A stretch of 49,844 nt of DNA from Rikenellaceae bacterium (GCA_029068395.1 JAIECQ010000152.1:1-49844); one strand, 5' to 3'. Numbered from the stretch's first letter, positions 19,204-28,506 are shown. A program made the numbers and translations. The notes: generated by a model not told the origin, from the letters alone.

Positions 19204-20766
19204 ATGAGACAGACGCTGTTGACTATATTGGTGCTTTTGGCCTGTGCGTCGTCGCTCAGGGGGCAAGACATGCACCTGATGACCGCCGTGGGTGTCACGC
19301 CGCAGAATATGTATGTCAATCCGGCCGTTGTGCCGGAGCGGTCATACCTGTCATTGCCGTTGCTGGGGGCTGTGGGCATCAACGTGGGCACATCGCTCGG
19401 GTATGGCTCGTTTATCAGGAACGGAGAGATAGACGGTGCCAAGCTCGCCCGCAAGGTCCGCGGCAAGGCCTTCAGGCTGGAGATGGGGTTAGACCTGTTG
19501 AACGTGGGCGTCCGCACACGGCACGGCGGGCTTGTCAGCATCTCTGACCGTGTAAGGGTCTCTTCAGGGTCGACATATCCGGCTGGGCTGTTCGACTATC
19601 TGTTCAACAATCCGTTGGACTACTCCGGCCGTTTCGACCTTACGTTGAGGAGTAACGTGATGGCCTGGAACGAGACGGCCTTGGGGTATCACCGCAAGGT
19701 GGGACGTAATTTCAGTGTGGGCGGACGGGTGAAGTTCATTGCCGGACTTGCGCAGCTGTCGACCAACGACACACGCTTTACGATAGACAAGGACGTTGCC
19801 GGAAGCCTGATAAGGGGCAAGGTGGATATAACGGGAGGCAACATAGACCTGAGCAGTGAGAATGATTTGGTGAGCGTTGTGCTCAACCCGGGCATGGCAT
19901 TCGACATAGGCGCTCAGTGGAGGTCTGACGACAACAGGTGGCGTGTCGGTCTCGGGTTGACCGACATGGGGTTTATCAAGTGGTCGGGGCGTTCGTCGTC
20001 ACGCATATACTCGTCGGGCAACGGCTCGTATCGTTTCGAGGGCTTTGGCGACTTAGACTCATATATAGAGTCGTCGTCTGACAATGCGATAGACTCGATA
20101 TACAACGACCTTTTGAAGAGCATTGATTTGGATACCGTGGCCGGATATGCCCACACCAAAGCCATGCCCATGACCATGAATCTGAGTGGCGAGTATGACC
20201 TGAGAGGCGACTCGCGGCATGTGCTGTCGATGAATTTCCTGGGCACGTTCGGTGGCAGCCAGACCGCATACTACGCCCTTACGGCAGGATATCGTTACAC
20301 CTCGGCAAACGGTCGTTTCTCGGCCATTGCGGCCTTGTCTAACAAGAGGGTCGACCCTCTGTCGGTGGGCGTGGGTCTTATGGCCAATCTGCGGAGGTTT
20401 CAGTTTTATGCGATGAGCGATTTCAGCATCTCGTGTATAGGCGGCGGCTTAGGAGGGCTGCGAAGCCTCTCGTATCGTGCAGGCATGAACTTCTTCTGGG
20501 GCAAGGAGCCTGAGCCTAAAGCGGAAAGTCATAAAGGACGCGACACCGGCCAGTCGTCTTATTATATGGATTATGTGCATGACTATCAGATATATGATGG
20601 TGATAATGTAGATCCGATGAAGATAGACTTCCCCGGCAGCGCCGCGCGGTCTGACAAGAAGAGCCGTGCCGGCAAGAAGAGTCGTCAAGACCGTAACGTC
20701 ATCATCTTCGACAGAAGTTTCCCCGACAGGGCCATTGACGTAGAGGATGATGTGCCGGAGTTGTAA
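19204..20766 (+). CDS. Predicted outer-membrane beta-barrel protein (PorP/SprF- or DUF5723-like; assignment tentative) with a charged C-terminal extension
   Basis: Signal peptide MRQTLLTILVLLACASSLRGQ, an early ...QNMYVNPAVVPE motif reminiscent of PorP/SprF-type barrels, and alternating amphipathic strands through about residue 430. The tail is rich in K/R/D. Confidence 0.5.
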   Translation: MRQTLLTILVLLACASSLRGQDMHLMTAVGVTPQNMYVNPAVVPERSYLSLPLLGAVGINVGTSLGYGSFIRNGEIDGAKLARKVRGKAFRLEMGLDLLNVGVRTRHGGLVSISDRVRVSSGSTYPAGLFDYLFNNPLDYSGRFDLTLRSNVMAWNETALGYHRKVGRNFSVGGRVKFIAGLAQLSTNDTRFTIDKDVAGSLIRGKVDITGGNIDLSSENDLVSVVLNPGMAFDIGAQWRSDDNRWRVGLGLTDMGFIKWSGRSSSRIYSSGNGSYRFEGFGDLDSYIESSSDNAIDSIYNDLLKSIDLDTVAGYAHTKAMPMTMNLSGEYDLRGDSRHVLSMNFLGTFGGSQTAYYALTAGYRYTSANGRFSAIAALSNKRVDPLSVGVGLMANLRRFQFYAMSDFSISCIGGGLGGLRSLSYRAGMNFFWGKEPEPKAESHKGRDTGQSSYYMDYVHDYQIYDGDNVDPMKIDFPGSAARSDKKSRAGKKSRQDRNVIIFDRSFPDRAIDVEDDVPEL

Positions 20767-20867
20767 GCCGCTACTTGGCGTCGGACGCATGGTGTATTTT
20801 GTAGGTTGACGGTGTGTTTTTCAAACTATTTTTATTGTAAAGATGAACGCTTTTGCAATAAAAATGT

Positions 20868-20875
20868 TATCTTTG
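20868..20875 (+). promoter_or_regulatory. -7 promoter box TATCTTTG for ssb
   Basis: Exact match 29 nt upstream of the ssb ATG. Confidence 0.5.
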
Positions 20876-20903
20876 AAGGGTTTAATACTAAAAAACAGAG
20901 ACA

Positions 20904-21425
20904 ATGGTAAATAAAGTCATATTGGTAGGCAATGTGGGCAGTGACCCTGAGGTCAGGACATTTGAAGACGGCGGCAAGATGGCGCGAGTCAACATAGCGA
21001 CCAACGAACGCATATACAACCCTTCAACGCAGGAGTCGCGGGAGCATACCGAGTGGCATTCGCTCATATTCAACAGGCGGACGTCAAACGTTGTGGAGAT
21101 GTATGTGCGCAAGGGTTCGCTGATATATGTCGAGGGTAAGTTGCGTACGCGTCAGTGGGAAGATGAAAACAAGATAAGGCGTTACAGCACCGAGGTTCAT
21201 GTCGATGAGTTGCGCCTGCTTGGCCGTCGCGGCGACAACGACCGTCCTGCGATGCCGCCAATGAGCAGCTATGACGGCGCCAACAGCGCTCCCGCCCAAC
21301 AGCAGTATTCGCAGCCGCAACAGCAGACGTACGGAGGCGCACAGGCAGCCTCTTACGCCGCACCGGCACCCGAGACTCCTGCCGTTGAGATGACCGACGG
21401 CGGCGTTGACGACCTGCCATTCTAA
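20904..21425 (+). CDS. ssb: Single-stranded DNA-binding protein
   Basis: MVNKVILVGNVGSDPEVR OB-fold start, TEWH, a Q/P/G-rich linker and the acidic tip DDLPF. Confidence 0.95.
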   Translation: MVNKVILVGNVGSDPEVRTFEDGGKMARVNIATNERIYNPSTQESREHTEWHSLIFNRRTSNVVEMYVRKGSLIYVEGKLRTRQWEDENKIRRYSTEVHVDELRLLGRRGDNDRPAMPPMSSYDGANSAPAQQQYSQPQQQTYGGAQAASYAAPAPETPAVEMTDGGVDDLPF

Positions 21426-21659
21426 TGCCAAAGAGCAAACATGACAGAAGACCGGCTGCAAAGCCGGTCTTTCGGCGTTAGAAGAGGGGGTGTCAACGGC
21501 GGCAGGCATGCAGAGGGGTGACGGAATGTTGTAGTAGTGGCAGGGCCTTTGCGAGTGTGAGGCGGTTTTGGGGTGGCATGACTGCATGACGGAGCGCTAT
21601 TGTGGTCTTGCCGGCAGTTATTGTTGCAAGTGGCGTTTTGCCGTTGCGACGATTTTTTT

Positions 21660-21667
21660 TATTTTTG
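21660..21667 (+). promoter_or_regulatory. -7 promoter box TATTTTTG for the PSP1/gldH-like/trmB cluster
   Basis: Exact match 47 nt upstream of the ATG at 21714. This is the reason I reject the longer ORF start at 21600. Confidence 0.45.
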
Positions 21668-21713
21668 CAAATCGGGAGGCAGGCGAGCGTTGCAGCCTCT
21701 AAAAAACGGATGT

Positions 21714-23126
21714 ATGAAAGAGCATAAAAAGGAATATAGAACCGATGTCGGGCGCGGGTGCACGTTTGAAAACGGCGCCATACCCGAAGAGTCGTCGGCA
21801 AGGGCTTGTCCCGGGTGTTACAAGTTGGGGGCTTACGACTGGCTCTCAGACATACCCGAGGCTCAGGCGGGCGATATCTTTGAGGTGAGGTTCAAAAACA
21901 CGCGCAAGGGTTATTACCGCAATGCCTCCGATTTGCGTCTTGAGGTGGGCGACATTGTTGCGGTGGAGGCCTCGCCTGGACACGACATAGGCATTGTAAG
22001 CATGGCCGGCGACATGGTGGCCAAGCAGATGAGACGCACCGGTTTCAGGTCGGAGGGGATCGAGTTCAAGAAGATATACCGCAAGGCCAAGGCCGCCGAC
22101 ATAGTCAAGTGGCAGGAGGCCATAGCGTTAGAACACTCCACCATGATACGTTCGCGTGTCATAGCCGCCGATTTGGGGCTTAACATGAAGATAGGCGATG
22201 TAGAGTATCAGGGCGACAAGATGAAGGCGATATTTTATTACATCGCCGATGAGAGGGTCGATTTTCGCGAGCTGATCAAGATATTTGCCGAGCAGTTCCG
22301 CATACGCATAGAGATGAAGCAGATAGGTGCGCGTCAGGAGGCCGGTCGCATTGGCGGCATAGGCTCGTGCGGACGTGAGCTGTGTTGCTCTACATGGATG
22401 AGTGGCTTTGTGTCGGTCACCACCAACTCGGCCCGCTTTCAAGAGATATCGCTCAACCCGCAGAAACTCGCAGGACAGTGCGGCAAGCTCAAATGCTGCC
22501 TCAATTATGAGGTTGACACATATATAGATGCCCGACGCGAGTTTCCCAAGATCAACGCCCCGCTTGAGACCATGGAGGGTAGCTATTATCTGGTCAAGAC
22601 CGATATATTCAAAAAACAGTTGTCGTTCTCGTCAGACCCGGGCAGCACGGTAAACATTGTCACAGTGCCGCTTAGACGTGTCAAAGAGATATTGTCGATG
22701 AACCGCCGCGGCGTCAAGCCCGACACCCTTTTGTCGGCACAGGATGCGGCACCCCGTGAGCAACTGCCCGATTTCAAGAATGTTGTGGGGGAAGAGAGCA
22801 TCACCCGCTTCGATACCGGCAAGTCGGGTCGTCGAGACAACAGGCGGCGTCGTGACCGTCGTGATGACGGCGAGGGCCGACAGTCGCGCGGAGGGTCGCA
22901 GCCTCGCGGAGAGCAACGTGCCGACCAGTCACGCGGTGACCAGCCTCGCAGAGAGCCTCGTGGCGAGGGCGCACGCAAAGAACAGCCTCGTGGTGAGGGC
23001 CAGACGCGTGAAGGGCAGGGCGACGGACAGAGACCCCATCGTCGTAACGGAGGCGGCCGCAACAGACGGCGCCGTGGTGGCGGCAACAGCGGCGGCAATG
23101 GTGGCGGCAACAGTGCTGCAAACTGA
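21714..23126 (+). CDS. PSP1 domain protein (YaaT/RicT-like) with a long Arg/Gly-rich disordered tail
   Basis: PSP1 core (...KAIFYYIADERVDFRELIKIFAEQFRIRIEMKQIGARQEAGRIGGIGSCGRELCCSTW...GKLKCCLNYE). The last 100 aa or so are RRDNRRRRDRRDD...RGE...GGGRNRRRRGGGNSGGNGGG. Confidence 0.85.
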   Translation: MKEHKKEYRTDVGRGCTFENGAIPEESSARACPGCYKLGAYDWLSDIPEAQAGDIFEVRFKNTRKGYYRNASDLRLEVGDIVAVEASPGHDIGIVSMAGDMVAKQMRRTGFRSEGIEFKKIYRKAKAADIVKWQEAIALEHSTMIRSRVIAADLGLNMKIGDVEYQGDKMKAIFYYIADERVDFRELIKIFAEQFRIRIEMKQIGARQEAGRIGGIGSCGRELCCSTWMSGFVSVTTNSARFQEISLNPQKLAGQCGKLKCCLNYEVDTYIDARREFPKINAPLETMEGSYYLVKTDIFKKQLSFSSDPGSTVNIVTVPLRRVKEILSMNRRGVKPDTLLSAQDAAPREQLPDFKNVVGEESITRFDTGKSGRRDNRRRRDRRDDGEGRQSRGGSQPRGEQRADQSRGDQPRREPRGEGARKEQPRGEGQTREGQGDGQRPHRRNGGGRNRRRRGGGNSGGNGGGNSAAN

Positions 23127-23133
23127 CGGTGAC

Positions 23134-23598
23134 ATGCAGACGGATAACAGACACGCAGGCGGATGTCGGCTGAAAGGGCGGCTTGTGTTGGTGGCGGTAT
23201 GGACACTGGCGGCTTTCGCGTGCACCGACATGTGCCTTTATGAGCGTTTTTATGACGTCTCGGTCGAGCAGTGGGGTGACAGAGTCTTGCATTACACCTT
23301 TCATAACGACGACACGCTGACCCCAAGGAGCATAGACATGGTGATTGCCACCGAAAGGCTGCCCTTTGATGACACCCTGCATGTGGTGTTCGAGGTGTTC
23401 ACGCCCGATGGCGTGAGGTCGGGCGGCGACTATCGGGTGTCGTTGTCGGGCGATGCTCGCAATATGCCGTCAGAGCATGTGGTGTCGCTTGTCGACTCGG
23501 CGCGGTTTGTATGTCGGGGCAACTATCTGATGTCGTTGCGTCGTGTAGGTGGCGGCGAGCGTTGCGGCATAAAGGCGGTGGGCGTGGCCATAAGGTAG
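23134..23598 (+). CDS. gldH: GldH-like lipoprotein
   Basis: 154 aa from the ATG at 23134, 8 nt after the PSP1 stop. Lipobox LAAFAC. The layout resembles GldH (C..Y......W near the N-terminus, ...LPFDDTLHVVFEVFTPDG..., C-terminal ...GIKAVGVAI). The call is based on remembered family features and PSP1-gldH synteny. Confidence 0.55.
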   Translation: MQTDNRHAGGCRLKGRLVLVAVWTLAAFACTDMCLYERFYDVSVEQWGDRVLHYTFHNDDTLTPRSIDMVIATERLPFDDTLHVVFEVFTPDGVRSGGDYRVSLSGDARNMPSEHVVSLVDSARFVCRGNYLMSLRRVGGGERCGIKAVGVAIR

Positions 23599-23640
23599 TG
23601 ACGAGTGGCGGAGAAAAAAGGTGGCGAAAACAGTAGACAG

Positions 23641-24363
23641 ATGGGAAAGAATAAATTGATGAGGTTTGCCGAGAACGAGACTTTTCGTTGTCTGGTGCAG
23701 CCCGAGTTTGATGACATATTTGGCAAGGATCATCCGCTGAAAGGGCGGTGGCGTCGTGATTTCTTCGGAAATGACAATCCCGTAGTGCTTGAGTTGGGGT
23801 GTGGCAAGGGCGAATATACCGTCGGGTTGTCACGCATATATCCCGACTGCAATTTCATAGGTGTCGACATAAAGGGGGCGCGTATGTGGCGCGGGGCCAA
23901 GACCGTGACCGAGGAGGGTATATCCAATGCCGCCTTTTTGCGTACCCGCATAGAGTTCATAACCTCGTTTTTCGCTCCCGGCGAAGTGGATGAGGTGTGG
24001 ATAACGTTTGCCGATCCGCAGCTTAAGCCGGGACGTGCCAAGAAACGTCTTACCTCGCCTTTCTTCCTTGAGCGTTACGCCTCGTTCATGAAAGAAGACG
24101 GCGCCATAAACCTCAAGACCGACTCCCTGCATCTGCATCTTTACAGCAAGGCTGTGGCCGAGGCCAACGCTCTGCCTGTGGTGACGGCGCTGACCGACAT
24201 ATACAACGAGCCGGGGTTGCCGCGCGAGCTGTCTGATATTAAGACGACATACGAGACGCGTTTTCTCGGCGAGGGCAAGCCCATAACCTATCTGCGCTTT
24301 ACGCTCAACGGTAAAAAGCAGTTTGAGGCGCCTGATTTCGAGCCTGATATGCAGTTGGGTTAA
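23641..24363 (+). CDS. trmB: tRNA (guanine46-N7)-methyltransferase
   Basis: MGKNKLMRFAENETF..., the SAM motif VLELGCGKGEYT and WITFADPQ. ATG at 23641 preferred to the GTG at 23605. Confidence 0.9.
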   Translation: MGKNKLMRFAENETFRCLVQPEFDDIFGKDHPLKGRWRRDFFGNDNPVVLELGCGKGEYTVGLSRIYPDCNFIGVDIKGARMWRGAKTVTEEGISNAAFLRTRIEFITSFFAPGEVDEVWITFADPQLKPGRAKKRLTSPFFLERYASFMKEDGAINLKTDSLHLHLYSKAVAEANALPVVTALTDIYNEPGLPRELSDIKTTYETRFLGEGKPITYLRFTLNGKKQFEAPDFEPDMQLG

Positions 24364-24385
24364 GGATATTGCCGTTGTGAAGTGT

Positions 24386-24412
24386 GCCCGGGGTCGCTCT
24401 CCGGGCTTTTTT
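24386..24412 (+). terminator. Terminator of trmB
   Basis: GCCCGG / CCGGGC stem followed by T6. Confidence 0.7.
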
Positions 24413-24428
24413 GTGTTTGGACGGTGTG

Positions 24429-26456
24429 CTATTCAAATTCTATGAATCCCGGTTCGGTGGGAATGAATCGGTTGGTGTTGAGTCTTTGTTCGTGTCCGAA
24501 TCGGAAATATTGCGATGACATGGTCGGGCTGCCTTTGACCAAATAGGACAGTCTCAGTTGCAATGCGCTGAAAGATAGTTTCTCGTTGCGGAATCTGATG
24601 CCTATGCCCACGGCGGTGTAGAATTTGTTTTTGAACGGATTGTTGTCGTAGCCCAGTGTGCCCGAGTCGAGGAACGAGTAAAGGGAGAAGCGGAATCCGA
24701 ACACGTGCCAGGGGCTGAATATCACCGTTTCGGGCGAGAAATAGAGGCGCGAGGTGCCCGTGGTGTTATTGGTGCTGACGTCGCGCAGTTTGTAATTGCC
24801 GTTGAATGTGATGGTTTGTCCGTGGCCTACCATCATGTTAGAGCCTATTGTGGTGCCGAACTTGAAGAACTGTCGCAGGTGGTAGTTGCGCCTGAGCGAC
24901 ACAAGGTGTGTGAAGAAGAGCATGTCGAAACGCGTTATCATCTGATTGTAGCGGTTGAGGCTGCTGAGGTAGCTGCCCCATTGGGCACTGGCGGTCAGAT
25001 AGCCCAGGCGTGTGCGGTGTCCTGACGAGAGGCGCGCTCCTATATAGGGTATGTTGTCGTAGCGGCCCCAGCTGTAGCCGCCCAATATCTCGGCCTTGAA
25101 GCCGTAGGCTATGTCTTCGGTGCGGCCGAATCCGTATATGAGGTTGCCACGATAGAAGTGTTCGCGATAGATGCCGAAAGTGACCAGCAGTGACTTGTTG
25201 TTGTGATAGTAGCGGTTTACCCAGCGGTTGACGAAAGGGCCTTCGATGAAGTGGCGGTATTCATACCTGAGGTTGAAAAAGAGGGCCGTCTCTTTGGGGG
25301 CTATCTTTATGGAGGCACCTGCCCATGCCGAGAATATGTTGCTTGTGGTGCGTATGACAGAGTCCATAGAGGCGATATCCTCCATGTCGCGCGAGAAGTT
25401 GTGGTCGAGACCTCCGGCAATGTCGGTCGGTCTTATGTATGGCTTGGCGAGCCTGTTGTGTACGGTGAAATAGTTGCCGCGGTCGCCATATCCGAGGGTG
25501 GTGGTAAGGTCGGTGAACGAGCCGAAGAGGTTGTTGAACTTGTATGATATGTCGCCGGCTTTGGCGAAACGTTTCTCGTCGAAGTTGATGTAATTGGTGA
25601 ATTTAAGCGTGTTGCCTGTGCCGAGAAAGTTGTTGTCGTAGATGGATAGCCTGGAGTCGTCTTCGCTGCTTTCAAACTCGCCGCCTATTGAAAACTTGTC
25701 GCGCACGAAGACCGTCAGCACCACATGGCCAGGGGTGTTGTCGGGCTGGGCGAGTATCTGCACGTCGTTGATGAAGTTTTGTTCGCGCAAAAACACCTCG
25801 TTTCTCGATATGTCGGTGAAGTTGAGTCGGTCGCCGGGCTTTATCAGAATGTCTTTGAGTATCCTCTCTTGGCGTGTGAGCACGTGTATGTTGTTGCCCA
25901 CGCGATAGTGCCAGCGCAGGAATTTGTTTTTGACGTTCTCGTCGAATGCCGGTATGCGTATTATGATGACGGAGTCGATGATGTAACCCTCGTATTGTTT
26001 GTCGGGCCGTTCGGTAGTCAACCTTCCGGTGGGCGAAGGGGTGTATGAGAATATGTCGTGAAACTTGCGCGCCAGTTTCGATTTGTGGCGTATGGTGTCT
26101 ATCTTGATGTTGAGTATGCGGCCGGTATCGACCCTCTCTCTGATGTGCAGCTCTTCGGGGAGGTTGACAAGGCGGCGGAACATAAGGGTGTCAGACTCTT
26201 TTGCGTCACTGTCTTTGTCAGGCTCTGCATGCCTCTCTTTGACAGGCAGAGGACGGCTTGGCAGCATGTTGTCTGTCAGTGCTTTGCGCAAAATAGAGTC
26301 GCGGCTTTCCATTGCGTGGCACGAGATCTGTTGCAGCGAGGAGCTTTTGGGCGGTATGGTGTCTCTGTTTTGTGACGATGCGACGAGGGGGGCGACCGCA
26401 AGACCGACCGCAAGCAGTATGGTTGTAAGAAGCATATGGTGTGCTCTCGGTGCCAT
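24429..26456 (-). CDS. Omp85/BamA-family outer-membrane protein (POTRA-like segment plus beta-barrel)
   Basis: Signal peptide MLLTTILLAVGLAVAPLVASSQ, a POTRA-like block (IIDSVIIIRIP...ILIKPGDRLNF...VVLTVFVRDKF) and a long Gly/aromatic-rich alternating barrel region. The start abuts the stop of the upstream gene. Confidence 0.65.
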   Translation of the reverse strand: MAPRAHHMLLTTILLAVGLAVAPLVASSQNRDTIPPKSSSLQQISCHAMESRDSILRKALTDNMLPSRPLPVKERHAEPDKDSDAKESDTLMFRRLVNLPEELHIRERVDTGRILNIKIDTIRHKSKLARKFHDIFSYTPSPTGRLTTERPDKQYEGYIIDSVIIIRIPAFDENVKNKFLRWHYRVGNNIHVLTRQERILKDILIKPGDRLNFTDISRNEVFLREQNFINDVQILAQPDNTPGHVVLTVFVRDKFSIGGEFESSEDDSRLSIYDNNFLGTGNTLKFTNYINFDEKRFAKAGDISYKFNNLFGSFTDLTTTLGYGDRGNYFTVHNRLAKPYIRPTDIAGGLDHNFSRDMEDIASMDSVIRTTSNIFSAWAGASIKIAPKETALFFNLRYEYRHFIEGPFVNRWVNRYYHNNKSLLVTFGIYREHFYRGNLIYGFGRTEDIAYGFKAEILGGYSWGRYDNIPYIGARLSSGHRTRLGYLTASAQWGSYLSSLNRYNQMITRFDMLFFTHLVSLRRNYHLRQFFKFGTTIGSNMMVGHGQTITFNGNYKLRDVSTNNTTGTSRLYFSPETVIFSPWHVFGFRFSLYSFLDSGTLGYDNNPFKNKFYTAVGIGIRFRNEKLSFSALQLRLSYLVKGSPTMSSQYFRFGHEQRLNTNRFIPTEPGFIEFE

Positions 26457-26951
26457 CTATCTGTCCCATTGTCCCACCTCAAGGTCGCGGGGTATGCCGT
26501 TGTCTATGGTCAGCCGCACGGCGGTGCGCACACGGTGAAAGCCGTTGATGCCGGCGGCTCCGGGGTTGATGTGCAGGTGCTCCATCTGTTTGTCCCACAT
26601 CACTTTGAGTATGTGTGAGTGGCCTGTGACCACGATGGTGGGGCGGTATGCGGCTATCTTGTCTTTGAAGGAGGCTTCGTAACGGCCCGGATAACCTCCT
26701 ATGTGGGTCATGATGACTCTGGCGCCCTCGCTCTCGAACGCGGTCACGGCATTACGGTATGTCGACCGCACGGTGAAGTCGTCGATGTTGCCATAGACCG
26801 CAACGAGGGGTTTGAAAGCGTTTATGAGGTCGGCAGTCTCTATGTCGCCAATGTCGCCGGCGTGCCATATGGTGTCGACAGGGTCTAAAAAGTGTTTCAG
26901 CTTGTCATCGAAAACGGAATGGGTGTCTGATATGATGCCTATTTTTATCAT
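26457..26951 (-). CDS. Metallophosphoesterase (YfcE/MJ0936 family)
   Basis: MIKIGIISDTH..., WHAGDIGD, GNID, THIGG and TGHSH motifs. ATG at 26951 chosen; the 48-aa extension to 27095 is not family-like. Confidence 0.88.
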   Translation of the reverse strand: MIKIGIISDTHSVFDDKLKHFLDPVDTIWHAGDIGDIETADLINAFKPLVAVYGNIDDFTVRSTYRNAVTAFESEGARVIMTHIGGYPGRYEASFKDKIAAYRPTIVVTGHSHILKVMWDKQMEHLHINPGAAGINGFHRVRTAVRLTIDNGIPRDLEVGQWDR

Positions 26952-27126
26952 ATTGTTGCATTTGGGTCTAAAGATAATAAAAAAATCGGTATCTCTTTTT
27001 GTGTCGACCACCTGTCGCAAAAATTGTGCAAGATGTTGCCGGCGGTGAGAAAATGTGAGTGCGGCACGACTTGAGTTTGTGTCGTTTGATTGCATGAAAG
27101 AGCTTTTTTATATCCTCTTTTGTGTT

Positions 27127-27134
27127 TATCTTTG
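27127..27134 (+). promoter_or_regulatory. -7 promoter box TATCTTTG upstream of rarA-kdsA
   Basis: Exact TAnnTTTG match about 90 nt upstream of the rarA ATG. Confidence 0.4.
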
Positions 27135-27223
27135 CACTAAGGTAACCGTGCGGGCACTCGCAGGTGAGTTTGATGTTGTCTTTGCCCTGTTTGCACGAGG
27201 TTGTCTTTATATAAATTTGCACT

Positions 27224-28495
27224 ATGAGTTTCAGACCTCTTGCCGAACGACTCAGGCCGCAGACACTCGACGATTATATCGGGCAGGAACATCTGGTAGG
27301 TCCTGATGGGCTTTTCCGTCGTTTCATGTCGAGCGGGGCTGTGCCTTCATTCATATTGTGGGGGCCTCCCGGCGTGGGTAAGACCACCCTTGCCAAGATA
27401 GTGGCTCGCACGCTCGACCGTAAGATGTACACCCTCTCGGCTGTCTCTTCGGGGGTCAAGGATGTGCGCGAGGTGATATCGCAGGCGCGTTCCGACCGTT
27501 TCTTCGATTCGCCGCCGCCGTTGCTTTTCATAGATGAGATACACCGTTTCAGCAAGTCGCAGCAAGACTCTCTGTTAGGGGCGGTGGAAGAGGGTGTCGT
27601 TACCCTTATAGGTGCGACGACCGAGAATCCGTCGTTTGAGGTGATACGTCCGTTGTTGTCTCGCTGTCAGGTATATACGCTTAAGGCCCTCTCGGCCGAC
27701 GACCTCGACAAACTGTTGCACAGGGCCATAGAGAGCGACCAGGAGCTGTGTCGTCGCCATTTCGAGATAAGAGAGACCGACGCCCTGTTTCGCTTTTCAG
27801 GCGGTGATGCGCGTAAGTTGTTGAACATCATAGATGTGTTGTGCGGCGCCGTAGACGGTGACGTGATAATAGACGACAAGCGCGTGATAGACGCCCTCAA
27901 AGAGAACACCGCCACTTACGACAAGGGCGGCGAGCAACATTACGACATAATATCGGCATTCATAAAGTCGATAAGGGGCAGTGATCCCCAGGCGGCCATC
28001 TATTACCTTGCGCGCATGATAGACGGCGGCGAAGACCCCAAGTTCATAGCCCGCAGGCTCGTGATATCGGCCGCAGAGGATATCGGGCTGGCCAATCCCA
28101 ACGCCCTGTTGCTGGCCAACGCCTGTTTCGATGCCGTATCTAACATAGGCATGCCCGAGGGACGCATACCGTTGGCCGAGGCGACCGTATATCTGGCCAC
28201 CAGCCCCAAGAGCAACTCTGCCTATCTGGCCATAGATGCGGCCTTGGAGTATGTGCGCGGCGGCAACCGTCATGATGTGCCTTTGCACTTGCGCAACGCC
28301 CCCACATCGCTTATGAAAAAGCTCGGTTACGGTGCCACATACGAGTATGCGCACGACCATCCGGGCCATTTCGTATATCAGGAGTATATGCCCGACGAGC
28401 TTTCGTCGCACCGCTTCTACACCCCCGCCGACAACGCCCGTGAGCGCGAGACGGCACGGCTGCAAGATGCTATGTGGAGAGACAAGTATAAATAA
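27224..28495 (+). CDS. rarA: Replication-associated recombination protein A (MgsA/RarA AAA+ ATPase)
   Basis: LRPQTLDDYIGQEHL, Walker A GPPGVGKTT, Walker B LFIDEIHRF, GDAR and the C-terminal MgsA domain (HYD..SAFIKSIRGSDPQAAIYYLARM). Confidence 0.95.
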   Translation: MSFRPLAERLRPQTLDDYIGQEHLVGPDGLFRRFMSSGAVPSFILWGPPGVGKTTLAKIVARTLDRKMYTLSAVSSGVKDVREVISQARSDRFFDSPPPLLFIDEIHRFSKSQQDSLLGAVEEGVVTLIGATTENPSFEVIRPLLSRCQVYTLKALSADDLDKLLHRAIESDQELCRRHFEIRETDALFRFSGGDARKLLNIIDVLCGAVDGDVIIDDKRVIDALKENTATYDKGGEQHYDIISAFIKSIRGSDPQAAIYYLARMIDGGEDPKFIARRLVISAAEDIGLANPNALLLANACFDAVSNIGMPEGRIPLAEATVYLATSPKSNSAYLAIDAALEYVRGGNRHDVPLHLRNAPTSLMKKLGYGATYEYAHDHPGHFVYQEYMPDELSSHRFYTPADNARERETARLQDAMWRDKYK

Positions 28496-28506
28496 ACCAT
28501 ATCGTT

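Noticed and set aside
22586-23382. Long antisense or overlapping ORFs across the PSP1 tail and the gldH-like region (22586-23326, 22801-23382, 22929-23231, and the 5' part of 22744-23598).
   Set aside because: They are low-complexity Arg/Pro/Ser-rich translations produced by the repetitive GC-rich RGG-coding DNA. They overlap well-supported sense genes and have no recognisable domains.
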